From positions 15,859 through 79,858 of the forward strand of contig JAUCBJ010009012.1 of NCBI GenBank assembly GCA_032718475.1: DNA of 64,000 bases. The letters run 5' to 3'. Every line of letters begins with the position of its first letter. Position 1 is the first letter of the stretch. The stretch is from Nemertoderma westbladi. Lineage: Eukaryota; Animalia; Xenacoelomorpha. Below the pieces are notes generated by a model. It was not told the DNA's origin, ran no database searches, and saw only the letters and a program-made list of their open reading frames with translations. This document shows, in pieces, positions 47,851 through 61,234 of this stretch. The position numbers were made by a program, and so were the translations under genes.

Positions 47851-49042
47851 TGTAAAAGCTTTTGCGGATATAATCAGTCCCCCTGCCCGCAAAGTACCGT
47901 TGTAGGTGTTTTAACGGACATAAAAGTCATTCTTCTATATGTGTGCTTTGGCGGACATGGCAAGGCACAAAACCCGCAATGCGTCAAATACTCTAGCACA
48001 GTGTAGCCTTGATGATTCAGATTACGACATCTAACAGCTGGTTGCTGGCATGGAAACGGCCATTGGACACATGGTTCTTTGTTTAGCTTAACAGCCAATC
48101 AGGGCGATTTTTACTGTCGATGTGGAGATATTCTACAGATCGTGCTAGGAGTGTTCAGTCTTACTGTTTTCTTGTTACAGTTGTGTTGTTGCTTCTAGGC
48201 CAAGAACATCGGCTCTGGAGTCAATTTGTTTCAGACTTTAGAAGAAACATTAGTAGGCTTAGATTATAGAACGTATAACTGTTATCGGCACAGTCCGGCA
48301 GATCGTATCATTGTTACATTATCGGTACATTGTCATATCATATCTTAACCTACCGTCTTAATGGTTTTACTGTTGTTTGGTTGAATATTATTACTTGGAG
48401 AACATCGATAAATAACCCAAATTTCCCAATTTTCTTGATACACTACAGGTTAGAGAGACAGGTTACATATAGCGATTGCGACTTATATTATCGTGGTTTG
48501 TAGTGAGTTTAATGCTATTTGATAGGCACTACATGAGTCAATTGCTGTTCTCTTTATATATGATAAAATTCATTGACGGTCGGCAGATTAGTGTGCAGTA
48601 TCGTGCGTTACCGGTAGTGTGCATGATTGTGGCTGATAACTAAGCATTTCCTAAAGAATGCGCCTCATACGTGAATCATAAGCCTTACAGTCTTACAGTT
48701 GTGTTTAGTATAAGTCATATCTCTGTTTACCTAGATAGAGCGCCACGTCCTAAAGGAACTGTTAATATTTCCCGAAAGTGAATAATACTCGTCAGAAATT
48801 ATTTATTAACGATCAATCGAATAATACAGTAAGCTTACACTGCAATAATAAAATCTAAGCCCCATCCGAATCCAGTCTCCCGGGTATATCCAGCGGGTGA
48901 ATGGACGCGCACTAGGCTGGCTTCGGCTAATGTTGTGTTTATTGGTATTAAATACTTGTCATTTACTAAAGTCTATTTATAAACCAAAAGACATATAAAT
49001 TTTGGCAGGTTAAACTGCCAAAGGTCTTCAAAAGCGCGTACA
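47851..49042 (+). repeat. 3' LTR (1192 bp), preceded by a short PPT-like GGGAGCGG
   Basis: Direct repeat of 30572-31750 with an extra 13 bp (GAGAGACAGGTTA) near 48453-48465. Confidence 0.97.
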
Positions 49043-49436
49043 GACATTGACTATTATTGTTCATGATATAAATAATAAATTGAATTGGACATTAAATATA
49101 TTTCAAATACAAGGAATTTATTAATTCGATTCCACAATTGAAACATGTGAGGAGTACATGACCTGGTGAGTATAAGCGAAATCATATTAATATTATTAAG
49201 TTACAGATGCATTGAAATTATGTAACTCTTTTGAGTAAGAAGCAGGATGGTCTATATCTATCTATCTATCTATCTGCCACTGGTGCTTTAATCACTTTGC
49301 TAAAAAAAAATTAAACAACTTTTATTCGCGTGAAGAAATGTTTCAATTGTGTAATAAAATGTCATACTTTATTACATTAATTATATATTATGATAGTAGT
49401 CTAGAACATGATGCGATTAATTTAGTATGTAATAAA

Positions 49437-49932
49437 TTAACAATATTCTTGGTTTTTCGACATAGCTGTTCTCATATTACAAATAAATTGTTTTTTACAG
49501 ACATCATCACATTTGTGCTTTCCTAAGTGTGATTTATAGAAATGCAAGTAAAATTTCTGAAAAACATCGTCTTCTTTTTCAAACCGTTTCGCAAGATTTT
49601 CGAACTCCATCGCACTCAATGACGTCATCCCATAACTTTGTTTCATTGAGTATTCTAGAACCCAGGTAGGTTTCTTTGTTCCCCGATTCTTCTCGAGGTC
49701 TAGAATGTAGGTATCGTGGTCTAAGACTTGTCTTGTGCTGTTGCTATAGTTACCGTCTATATGGAATATACGATATCCCGGGTTTAAGTTGCTTATCGGT
49801 GTTACTGAAGGGGTAATATAGGCGACGTTTATCGCCTGTCTGGAATTGTTCGCAGCTGAACTGTTGTAGAATATTTGGAATTCATCGTGATGGGTGTGAC
49901 CAAAAAATTGGCCAGTTATTGTGTCCGAGAAT
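49437..49932 (-). CDS. Acid sphingomyelinase-like gene A, last coding exon
   Basis: FSDTITGQFFGHTHHDEF...ITPSVTP...NPGYRI...DHDTY..DL...W.LEY; ttttcag| acceptor; TAA stop. Confidence 0.92.
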
Positions 49933-50569
49933 CTGAAAAATTCAAATTAAATTTAAAGATCGGCGCCGCTGCTGTTTCGACAGTAAATATGAGAGAAATT
50001 AATAGCGAAATAAGTAAATAAAACTGTTATTGTGTGTAAAGTATAACATTATAGTGTGCTGATCTGGGTGGTTTGTTACACGAACGAATGTAGTGAGTTT
50101 GTGAGAACAACGAATGTAATTTTATTACGTCGTAATACATTGCACTTTATTAAGTAACTTACATTTATATTATTTCTTAGGGTAACTTATTTCAGTATTA
50201 CAGTACTTAGATTGAAATTACATTATTTAATGTAGCATATTACTACACCATGTCCTGGAATATCATCATATTCTGGAACATTTTGTTTATCCCGTACGTA
50301 GCTGGGCAACCTCTCTGTGCCTCCGGGGTGGTAGGAGGCCGTGGCGGGGCCTCGGGTTTGGGGATGGGGCGGGGATTCGGGGTGTTGACCCAGATATGTA
50401 CTGATTACATATCTGTTTCTTTATTGTAAATATTTATTGTTAACCTGTGCTTCAATCTTAATTATTCTACTTAATTAATTTGTGATCATTTATGCTTCGC
50501 CTGATTTTATATTTTATTAATGGAATAATAAATTGATGAATATTTCCCAAAAAAAAAATGCTTCTTTAA

Positions 50570-52137
50570 CCCTATTAGTACCGGGCTATAAAATGTTGTA
50601 CAAATACCGGGGGGGGGGGGGGGGTCATATTGACCCCCCCCCCCTCTAAAATCTACAAATATTTACGAAAACGGCTGATTTTTTGTTTGTGCGTAGGTAT
50701 CACTTGTCTGGATCCGACCGAAAAAAAAATTTTCGAAAAAAAATGTACTGGGGTGGTTATATTGCAGCACCAAAATTACAAGTAGTGCACAATTTTCACA
50801 AAATTTGAAAGTTACATTTTCGGCTAATTATTTTTCAATACAGGTTTTCTGGGGTGCAAAATACATTGCAAAATATTAAAAAATGATATGATTACTATAA
50901 ATGGCTGTTTAGTCCTCTCTGCGTAGGAAAAAAAATGAAAAAAACAAGTAACCAGCACTTTTCAGTTAGAACACAAAATTTTTAATTCACTTATACGATG
51001 CTATAAATTCACATTTTCAGGTTTTCGAGGGCGCTGATTCTAATGGAATACATTTCTAATATGCCAGATCATTGCTACTTGTATTTTTCGGCGTAATTTG
51101 GCAAATTTTGGTGCTAGCACCAAATTTCGTACCCATCACCAAAAAGTACAAGTTTGCGATGTCCAGTGCTGTTTTTATTGATTCCATCGGATTCAGGACC
51201 CTCATAAACCCGTATAACGCAAGAAACAAGGTGATACTATCTACTTATTAATTTGCATATTTTCCAAAATTTGGTGCTGGCACAACAATTTTCACCCACC
51301 GGCGAAAAATACAAGTTTGAGAACTCTTATGAAATTTTTACTGATTCCATTGAATTCAGAACCATCACAAACCCGTATAACGCAAGAAACAAGGTGACAC
51401 AATCAATTGATATATTTGATGGTTTTCAAAATGTGGTGCTAGCACCACATTTTGCACCCACATCCGAAAAATACAAGTTTGAGATGTCTAGTTCGATAAT
51501 TGTATTTTCCATTGAATTCAGAACAGCCATAAACCTCTAAAACGCAAGAAATAAATTGTCACAAGCAATTTTATCTATTGAACAGATTTTCAAAATTTCG
51601 TGCTAGCACCAAAATTTGCACACAGCACCGAAAAATACAAGTTTGATACGCTTGGTGCAACTCGTATATATTTCATCGAATCCAGAAACCCAATAAACCC
51701 CAATTGCGTAAAAAACAAGTTTCAAACGATCAATTTACAAAATTGACTTATTTCAAAATTTGGTGCTGGCACCAAAATTTGGCACCCACCGAAAAAAACA
51801 AGTTTGAAATTTCTAAATCAATTTATATGAATTCCATCAAATTTCTAACACCAAAAAACCGGTGTAAATCAAAAATAGCGATGTTACAATTAATATTTAA
51901 TGAAATGTAATTTTCAAAAAACGTCTCAAAAAAAGTGCCAAAAGTAGGGTTAAAAAATGGTGCTATAACTCGAAAAGTACCCAATATTTTTGAAAACGGT
52001 TTTCACTACTAGGAAGACAATAGATTTTTAGGAAAAGTCATAAAATTTCAGATTCCCAACTGCGTTAGTTTCAGAATTATAATAAAAAAACCACGGGAGG
52101 GGTCATATTGACCCCCCCCCCCCCGGGTTTAATAGGG
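50570..52137. mobile_element. Non-autonomous piggyBac-like element with about five internal ~163-bp tandem repeats
   Basis: TTAA at both flanks; termini CCCTATTA...TAATAGGG; subterminal GGGGTCATATTGACCCC at both ends; GGTGCT(A/G)GCAC recurring near 51111, 51273, 51435, 51600 and 51762. Confidence 0.8.
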
Positions 52138-52972
52138 TTAAACATATACTATTATGTAGCTATTCATACATCAACAAAATGTTCTAGAATATAGTGTTTT
52201 TATTTAATAGAATAAAACAGCCTCACACAGGTGCAAAACCATGAAACTTTTGAACGCTCATATATGTGAATATGTAATATAGGTACTCCTTAGGCGGTAG
52301 GCCAGAGCGGGCTCCTTAAATACATGCAACTACTGTATTATAGTGTAGGTCAACTATAAAACATTTTGCAATCCACAGTGAGTATCGACTGCAATAGGAC
52401 ACAACACACTGCTTTGTGTAACTAAAATTCATTCTCCTGATCCACCCCCTAACATAGCAGAGTGAGTAACCTTATTGTAGATATACCCTTAGGAAGCACT
52501 GGGAGAGCAATCAGCTTATGGGGTAATACATTAGAAACCAACAGCTTATGTGTGAGTAAACATTGCCTTTCCTTATAGCCTACTAGTAAAACTTGGCAAC
52601 CAACACGTTTTTCTATGACTGTGTATAACATATTAAGCCATATTTCATCATGAATACCAGCTGTTATTTTACCATTGCTTTTAATTTCGCGACAAAACAA
52701 TGTCAAAAAACTAAATATATCGAATACCACACATAGAATCGATCTGAAATTTTGTAACGCGATTATGAACCACCAAAGCAATGTACTTGCAAAATTTCAT
52801 CAAAATCGCCAGGCAGGAAGTGCCTTAACCTAGATAATTATCAGTCAGTATGTCAGTCAGTATGTCAGTCAGTGTAATGTATCCTGAGATTTTTACAGAA
52901 AGTATCCCTGAGATTCTTACTTACAGCAAGTATCCCGCTGTCAAGCGGGCTCCTAATTATACCATATCAAAC

Positions 52973-53366
52973 CTGTTTACAATATCGTAGTAGTTTCTAC
53001 TAAACACAGAGAGCATCTGTCCAGGCGGTACGTGTCCAATAATATGAACCTTCTCTCCTAACGCCTCAGCAGCCGCCAATACATCCACGAACCACTGCAG
53101 TTGGCCCAAAGGGTCTGTTGAGTTAACCAGTAACCACCAGTTGTCGGAAAGGGCGTACATCGTATTCAACGAGACAATACGCAGACCCGGTTGCACCAAC
53201 GCGGTGTAATAGGCACCGCGTCTGATCGTCTCGTAAGTAGAAGATGGAAGGTTCTTCCCCCAGACGGATACCAGTTTCGAGTAGAGCCATCCCAAAGGAT
53301 CCTGTGAACCGTCCCTTGGCATTCCTGGCAGCGGAAACGAATTCACTGGATCTCCTTCGTGGTTCC
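52973..53366 (-). CDS. Acid sphingomyelinase-like gene A, coding exon 3
   Basis: GNHEGDPVNSFP...GAYY...PGLRIVSLN...DPLGQLQW...GEKVHIIGHVPPG metallophosphoesterase motifs. Confidence 0.93.
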
Positions 53367-53431
53367 CTATAAAGGAATGTACCGGTATTGATTGACAGCG
53401 CGTTGTAATACATTAAATATCGGTTACGTGT

Positions 53432-54370
53432 GTAGGTGAGTATAGGTGAGTATAGGTGAGTATAGATGAGTATAGGTGAGTATAGATGAGTATAGGTGAG
53501 TATAGGTGAGTTTGGGTAAGTATAGATGGGTATTCGGTGTGTATATCTGAGTTTAAGTGAGTATAACTGAGTATAGGTGAGTATAGATGAGTATAGATGA
53601 GTATAGGTGAGAATAGCTGAGAATAGCTGTGTATTAGGTGAGTATAGCTGATTATTGGTCGAGTTTAGATGAGTATAGCTGAGTTTATGTGAGTATAGAT
53701 GAGTATTAGGTAAGTATAGCTGAGTATTCGGTGAGTATTAGGTAAGTATAGCTGAGTATTCGGTGAGTATAGCTGAGTATTTAGGTGATTATAGCTGTAT
53801 ATTAGGTTAGTATAGATGGGTATAGGTGAGTATAGCTGAGTATTAGGTGAGTATAGCTGAGTATTAGGTGAGTATAGCTGAGTAATAGGTGAGTATAGTT
53901 GAGTATCGGTGAGTTCAGGCGAGTATAGATGAGTATTTATGAGTATAGCGGAATATATATGAGTATGAGCTGATTTTAGCTGAGTATTCGGTGAGTATAG
54001 CTGAGTAGTAGGTGAGTATAGCTGTGTATTAGGTGAGTATAGATGAGTATTTATGAGTATAGCGGAATATATATGAGTATGAGCTGATTTTAGCTGAGTA
54101 TTCGGTGAGTATAGCTGAGTATTAGTTGAGTATAGCTGAGAATTAGGTGAGTATAGCTGTGTATTAGGTGAGTATAGATGAGTATAGGTGAGTATAGCTG
54201 AGTATTAGGTGAGTATAGCTGAGTATTAGGTGAGTATAGATGAGTATTTATAAGTATAGCGGAATATAGGTGATTATGAGGTGATTTTAGCTGACTGTTG
54301 GGGGACTATAGCTGAGTATAGGTGAGTACAGCTGAGTATAGCTGAGTAGTGAGTATAGGTGAGTATTAGG
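53432..54370. repeat. Degenerate 10-bp tandem repeat (TATAGGTGAG/TATAGCTGAG) in intron 2 of sphingomyelinase gene A
   Basis: Directly visible. Confidence 0.93.
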
Positions 54371-54438
54371 GGGGTCGATTCATTGAATAACGACACTATA
54401 TTGCAGGACATGGTGTAAATCTATTAGGCCCATCTTAC

Positions 54439-54705
54439 CAACAGCTTGATAAACAGGCACTCCTGGTAAATATTCGTCTAGAAAGTTGGAGACAATCTCT
54501 ATGGAATTTAGTTTTCCCTCTTGCGTTTCGTTCCATACAGTATGTCTGTACATATCGCCAGTAACCATGACGTAATCAAACGTAACGTTGCGTGACTTAA
54601 TATCGTTAAACATTGATTTTAGAGTTGGGACTGGTAAATCACAGTTTCTGTAGTCGCCCCACTGCCATGCGCCATCTTGTGGTTGTTTCGGTTTTCCATC
54701 GAAAT
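54439..54705 (-). CDS. Acid sphingomyelinase-like gene A, coding exon 2
   Basis: GAWQWGDYRNCDLP...DYVMVTGD...H.VW...PVYQAVG; AG/GT boundaries in phase. Confidence 0.93.
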
Positions 54706-54764
54706 CTATATGTAATACATATTTGTTCGGTTTTTAAACTAAAATTTGTGTGAAACAAATATTC

Positions 54765-55374
54765 TGTTACATTATGTAAACTTATCAGCGTTCTGGTGAA
54801 TTACTCGTAACGCTGCAAGATACCACTTTGCAGCGTTGCGGCCTATAAGACGGAACGCTGCAAAGTAAATCAATAACCTGGAAACAACTTCAATTACCGT
54901 ATTTCAGAATGTATTATTTCCATTTATGTTAAGTTATGTTAAGGCGTTCTAGAACTACAATGCAAGTAGTTCTAGAACGCCTTGTTGCTGCCTTATTATA
55001 CAGTTTGCAGTGACGGGACTAGCTACTGTATGTAAATAATTGTTTAACGTTGTTCTGTAATCCATATGTCGAAACGTCCAATAGAAGACACTTTATAGAA
55101 AATGACCAAAGAAAATGGGTTCAGTAAAACTGAACGGATACAGACGGTGACTAAGTTTGCTTCAGTCGAATATAGTCAAGATGGATTAATGATTTATCAC
55201 ATCCATGCAGGAGATAACTTCCAATAAACTATAATTAGATTTAAATGTATAATTAATACTATGTACTATAAATTTCACTTATATTCGATATAGTACATGA
55301 TTAAAATGTATAAATGAGCATCCATAAAATCTTTCTTCACATACCGAACGCTGATAAGTTGACATAATGTAACA
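54765..55374. mobile_element. MITE-like element with ~29-bp TIRs and an internal 18-bp perfect stem (54941-54983)
   Basis: TGTTACATTATGT(A/C)AACTTATCAGCGTTC inverted at both ends; AAGGCGTTCTAGAACTAC / GTAGTTCTAGAACGCCTT. Confidence 0.6.
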
Positions 55375-56008
55375 AAATTACATACATCATTGCTTGCAAA
55401 GGTCACTTTTCTTTCAGCGTTAAAGACCCTTGTTTCTTTATGTAAACCTCCCTCATTGCGCTCGCTCGGTACATAAATAAACTCGGGTCATAACGCTGCA
55501 AAGGGCTTCTTTGCACACAATGATATAAATAGTTATTATTCGAAACTTTAAATACTGTATTATATAACACTGAAGGTAGAGAAGGATAAAGGTAGAACAT
55601 TATACAGTCGGTGAGGGTTGTTTTTCTCCGTTTTCTCCGACGGATGAGAATCTAGTAGAGTCCATAGGACACAGCATATTAGTACGTACTGTGGTACAGA
55701 CAACAGTATGTACAGACCAACCACTTCTACTATAACGTAGGCTTACTTACTTTCGTTTCAAACCCGACAGTGGCATTAGTCTAACCAAAACAATAAACGA
55801 CAGTCAATATCACAGGATACAATTTAAACCTTTGAGGTAATCAGCTGTTATTTGCGACGACTTTTCCTTGGAGGGGCTTTAATTTTGATTACGTCAAAGT
55901 CCCCTGCCCCCCCCCCCCCCCCCTCCCACCCCCTTTCTCCATATGATTCTTGTACTTTAAAGATGAATGCCTCGTACATTAACCAATAAACAACAACTTC
56001 CGACTAAC

Positions 56009-56921
56009 CTGTACAACACATTGGTTCTCCGCACTCGGCGTTGTTCCCAGGTGTGTACCCCGTGTCTAAATGGACGTCCGATATTTGTAGCACGTGGGAA
56101 ATCTTATTATCCGCACGGGAGTCAGTTGATGTCGCAGTTTGGGAGACTCCATTATTGCGTCTCAGAGGTGGAATCTTTACGTTCCAGTCCGGATAAAACG
56201 GTACAACATGACCGCAAGTCTCCCCAAAGATGATTCCACAAACATCATTGGGGGCCAACAGGTATTTATCAACCAAAGTCAATACCCAGTCCCGGAAATG
56301 TGGTATAATAGCCTTACAAACACGATCATCTTCTAAACCCAACTTTATGCAGGCTGCGGTTAGAATCTTCACAATTTCGTCGTTGGATACGTTAGACGAT
56401 ATCGCTGCACCAAAAACGTCTGCCAAAATGTAACACACGTCACATCTGGTAATGGCGGGAAGTTTGATTTTGTCTTTGGACTGTAAAAGCGGGCCGCTAT
56501 TTATTTTGTACTTTATCGTGTTTAGAAGGGATGTCATGGGGATGATATTTAGTCTATTGTCTATTGTTTCAGGGTTGGTTGGAGTTGGAATTAAGTTGTC
56601 GTTTAGCGGATGTATGTTGTGCTTAATTAACTTAATTTTCTTCTCTAATGGATTATTTGTGACGTGATGTTTGGTAAACATGAGTTTTTCCAGTTCTATT
56701 TGGTTCGCAATTGGCTTATCATTATGAGTAAAAATTGATGAGTGCTTCATTTCTTCAACTTCATGTGCATATTTTGTAGATACAATTATTTGGTTAGAAT
56801 TCTTCTCTATTCTCTGGAAGGAGTTCCACTCAATCTTTATTTGTCTTCTTCCAATAGGGTTAAGGTTACCAGGGGTAACAACTATATTAATCATAGCGAT
56901 TAAGACAAAAAGTATCTTCAT
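56009..56921 (-). CDS. Acid sphingomyelinase (SMPD1-like) gene A, first coding exon: signal peptide, long pro-region, saposin-B domain and start of phosphoesterase
   Basis: Hydrophobic N-terminus; saposin cysteine pattern CDVC..C..C..C..C; LQISDVHLD..Y.PG..AEC.EPMCC; donor G|gttag. Confidence 0.93.
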
Positions 56922-57745
56922 TTTGGTGAACAAAATGTCAAAAATAACCGCTGATAAATTAACTTTGCCAATTACAAAATTCAGGTGTCTGAAGGATATG
57001 ATTAATGTACTATAGCCCTATTCTCCACGTTGATAACTTCAAGATACATATGAAGAAGGTAAGTCACGCGATAAAGATAAACAGTTGTTTGTATAGGGGA
57101 TAAATAAATCCCACCTCAAAGCAAACAATATATTGTAGAGTTCCGGGGTAAACTGACGTTATGAAGTTCATACAGTTTGTCAATAATATTAAGCTGAATC
57201 ATACGAAAGGTGTTTGGGTGATTAACCGAACAGTTACATTATTTAGTGTCTTCGTTATGGGAGGGGAGTGGAACATGCTACTTTATTTTACAGATATTCA
57301 ACTATATTATTGTTTACTTTTTACACATTACCGCTTCCATGTCTGTATTACCACGGAGGTACCCCCATACAGCCAACATGTTCAATTACATTTTAATTCC
57401 CTTATTTTTGTGAGGATATATATCATATACGATACGCAGTGTAATTCGGATGTCCGACAAATGGGTAAAGAGTGCGACATAGGCGATAAAGCGGTGCTAA
57501 TATATATTGGTACGATGTGTGGAAAATAGATAACATGGGATGTACGGAGAAGTCATGCAGATGCAATGGTATGATGAACAATAGATTGTACTATAAGCCA
57601 TGTCAAGGTTCAAGAATAACTGCGATGGAACTGGTATATAATATCACTGGACTGGACTTTTTAGGTCCGCGTAGGGCAGACAGACCTCTGTATTCACTCC
57701 GTTGTTGTTAATTCCAGTTAGGTTTTAGTTTTTTAAGGCTTCATA

Positions 57746-57822
57746 AGGCGCAGTAGTGGCGAAGTTGTTAAGAGCGTTGGACTTGGAATCTCTAGGTACC
57801 GAGTTCAATTCCACATTACGGT
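57746..57822 (+). mobile_element. tRNA-derived SINE head or tRNA pseudogene
   Basis: TGGCGAAGTTGTTAAGAGCG (A-box-like) and GAGTTCAATTCC (B box); stems imperfect. Confidence 0.45.
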
Positions 57823-58759
57823 GAATTATTATGGTAGTAAGATTGGTAGTAAGCCATTCAAGGAGACAGTTCCATGCGTTAGTAGACGCGGACCTTTGAG
57901 CGGTTTTGCGCTTGTTCTAAAACCTTTGGTTTTGTTTGAAAGCCAAAATAATAATTCTGACTAACCCAGTAAGGAGGAGGGAGGTTAAATTCTAGTCGGG
58001 TTCACAATGGGGAGATAAGCGATAAGAGATAGGCGGCAAGAGGATATGCTATTATACAGTAGATAGGTATTATTCGCGGCAAACCACGCGGTTTAGCGCA
58101 CAACTACCTGTCTGTGGGGTCGTTCACAGTCAGCGGTGTACCGCTGGCCCTGCGGTACACCGCGCGGTGTACCGTTCCGTTGGATGTGAACGGGCCTTAA
58201 GACATCCCAATCTCTGGCTCGAGATCCCCATTCCTGTTTGTGTTCAGTTTGCGTTATGTAGGCCTACATTATGTAGGCCTGTAAGACGTTTGACAGTCTA
58301 TTATAACCAACGAACAATATACAAGATACAATGCCGTAAGCGCGTAAACAGAGAGTCTGATGGTGCAGCCGCTCGTTTCCTGGCTGCTGACCAGCAATTT
58401 GACCGAAAACGACTACAGAATAGCCCAATTTGACCACAAATACGCATTAACGCATACTAGCCTTAAGATAATGGCGGTTATAACGTTCAGGTGCAGGGTC
58501 GGTCTGCATCACGTAGATGCGCATGATAGAGTGAAGATAACATTGTGACGGACTGCAGTACTGAACTGCTTTGTTTTTGCCTCGCACCATGCCCTATCGC
58601 TACAACATGATAAACATGTGAACTGTGAAAAGTTAGGTTTACTGCTTGATCTTGCCAATATAATATTCAAGAACCAATCACAGCATAGTTCCAGTTGGCT
58701 CTCCTGCTTGGTCCATTTCGAATCACTATGAGATTTTGACACAACATGTTGCGGCGAAC

Positions 58760-58945
58760 AGAAAATACGCATTCACGCAAGCATAAGCGTAAAATATGTC
58801 TCGAGATAGCGATATTTTATGTGCTCGGGACGAGAGCTTTCGATCGATGTATCATTTTCTCTGAATGGTTTTTTTCGTTTGTTGGAGCGTATAACGTGGA
58901 CAGACTCACTCACAGACAGACAATGCATATTTATATATATTAGAT
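58760..58945 (-). mobile_element. Possible non-autonomous Helitron-type element 5' end
   Basis: Minus strand TCTAATATATATAAA followed by a TGTC/TGAG microsatellite tract. Confidence 0.35.
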
Positions 58946-59599
58946 TATATATAAATATATATAAGTTTTTTTCGACCCGACCTGAAATAATTGATGATAA
59001 TAATTGTCTGTATAACAATATTGAGGGATATCTGTGGAAATGAGATTCTATAAAAATACAGTTCTTATTTGGTTGTAAGCTGGGCATACCAACATGAAGT
59101 GGAATTCGCTTTCGACCAGAGACCCAAGTTACACATTCTTCATATACGTTCATGGCGTGGTTTACGAGATCAGTTTCGATTTCCAGGCAGTACCCGTTCC
59201 AAATCCTCTCCCATCACGAACACGAAGTCACTAAATAATGTAACTGTTAGGTTAATCACCCAAACCCCTTCATAAGATTCATCTTAATATTATTGACAAA
59301 CTGTATGAACTTCAGACTGTCATTTTACCCCGGAACTCTACAATTTATTATTTGCTTTGAGGTGGAATTTATTTATCCCCTCCCTACAACTCTTTATCTT
59401 TATCACGTGACTTGACTGTTGTATTTTCTCGACAAAACTATAAATTGAACTATCAAAGTTATTATGAAATTAACTATATGTACATTATTTTTTATACTGT
59501 TGTATAACTAATGGTTGCACCTCATAGGCTGACTAAAAATAATGGGAAGACATTAGGAGTAATAATTCTCATAGTAGGATTCCTGGAGAAACTAAATAG

Positions 59600-60150
59600 G
59601 CACATAATGCGCATGCAAGATGCAATATTAGCGAGTTTTCAACATTGTATCCATTGAGGTAATTCCAATTTGCGGCATTATAAGTGCAAAGACACTTGGT
59701 GATTCTTCAAGTAAACTGGGAGAGAACCTACTGTCCTCACTATTTAGATCCAATCTTCTTAGTCTTGCTTCTTCCAGTTCATCGACGCTTTTATGATCCG
59801 AAACTGCTTGAGCGTTGTCTACCCGGTTATACCCAGAACCAGAATGAATCTTTTCGTTCATTAATATGGAACCGGTCTCCCAAACACAAGTTTTTTGGAC
59901 CTCAGAGGATAAAGTTAGCTACATATTCTCAGCATTTTACTATACTTTAACTGTGGTTCAGTTGGTAGACAGAATCTGTTGAACAATATTGTGGTAATTG
60001 ACAAACCATATGGTGATACATCCTCTCTAACATGGGGCTTAGGAAGGATCGAAAAAGGGCCTTAAAATCATTTCAAAGTCCAAGTCAAAGTACAACAAGA
60101 TGGGAAAGTTGGCACATTTTGCGAAGGGCAATCATTATGAGGCAGGAGGG
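59600..60150 (+). pseudogene. DNA transposase fragment (Mutator-like/Kolobok-type)
   Basis: LLERCLPGYTQNQNESFRSLIWNRSPKHKFFG motif with frameshifts nearby. Confidence 0.65.
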
Positions 60151-61234
60151 TTTGGTGGACTATAATTTTTATGGATCATGCCATATACTTTTATTTAAGA
60201 CTATGCTCTTACAGAGTATACTGCGAGAATTCTAAATTGAAAGATTCAACGTTCAACGAAAGAAAATGACGAGGTTTTGAATTCAGCACCCCCGTTTTAG
60301 TGCATATAGCAAGTATTGCCATTATACTCATTGCAGAATTATGTGATTATAATTTAGTTGTTCGCTAAAGAATCAAAGCGCGATATTTCTTTCTTACACT
60401 AAATCGCATTTTCCCGTGAATGATTTTTTCGCTATGAGCGTGTCTTAAAAAAGTTTCACACCCTTCCATTTTTATCTTACAGAGCTCATTCGGGGCTCAT
60501 TTTAAAGGGAACAAATGTTAGTCCAGAATTTACGAATAAGCAAAGAAAATTTATATTTATATTTATATCGCGACATTAGAGACTACCCGTACTTCACACA
60601 TGATATCTCGAGAACGAAACAAGATATGGAAACACTGTTTTTAGATTTGGAATCACCATTACATTCTGGTTATTCAATATTTTGGCCCAAATTCGACTGC
60701 CCCGCTCAAAATTCATCCCACACTAGGGAATAATCAACGCAAATAACAGCTGATTACATGTAAAGATATAACATTTTTGACTATGGACATAGTCTATTGT
60801 TTTGGTTAGAATAACGTCGTTTTGGTTAGAATAACGTCGTGTCATTCACTATACAGTATAAGCGTACAAAATATACGAGCAAAGTAATCAATTAATTGAA
60901 TAAGATATATTTAAAGTTAGATCTCGCATGTTTGACGACTTTGGAACGATTGTAACGTCGTCACTTCCGTACTAAATATTTATTTACTAGGAAGTGCAGA
61001 ATTTTTCATTAATGTTTATTTTACACACTTTTCAAGAATTCCATTCTATATTTTTTGAATTTTATGTTTTCAAAAATATTAAATTTTCTTAAAACGGATT
61101 TTCACTCTACCGTATAGTGAGTATTACTAGTTATCTACATGAAAAAAAACATTAATTGTATCCTCCAGATACAGTACCTGAATTTTGTTATTAGCAAAGT
61201 AAATTCATCAGTAGTTATTTTTGACTATACAAAA

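Larger units (their letters stand above)
30572..49042 (+). mobile_element. Full-length BEL/Pao LTR retrotransposon, about 18.5 kb, recently inserted
   Basis: TG...CA LTRs; 5-bp TSD GACAT at 30567-30571 and 49043-49047; intact single Gag-Pol ORF in BEL/Pao domain order. Confidence 0.97.
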
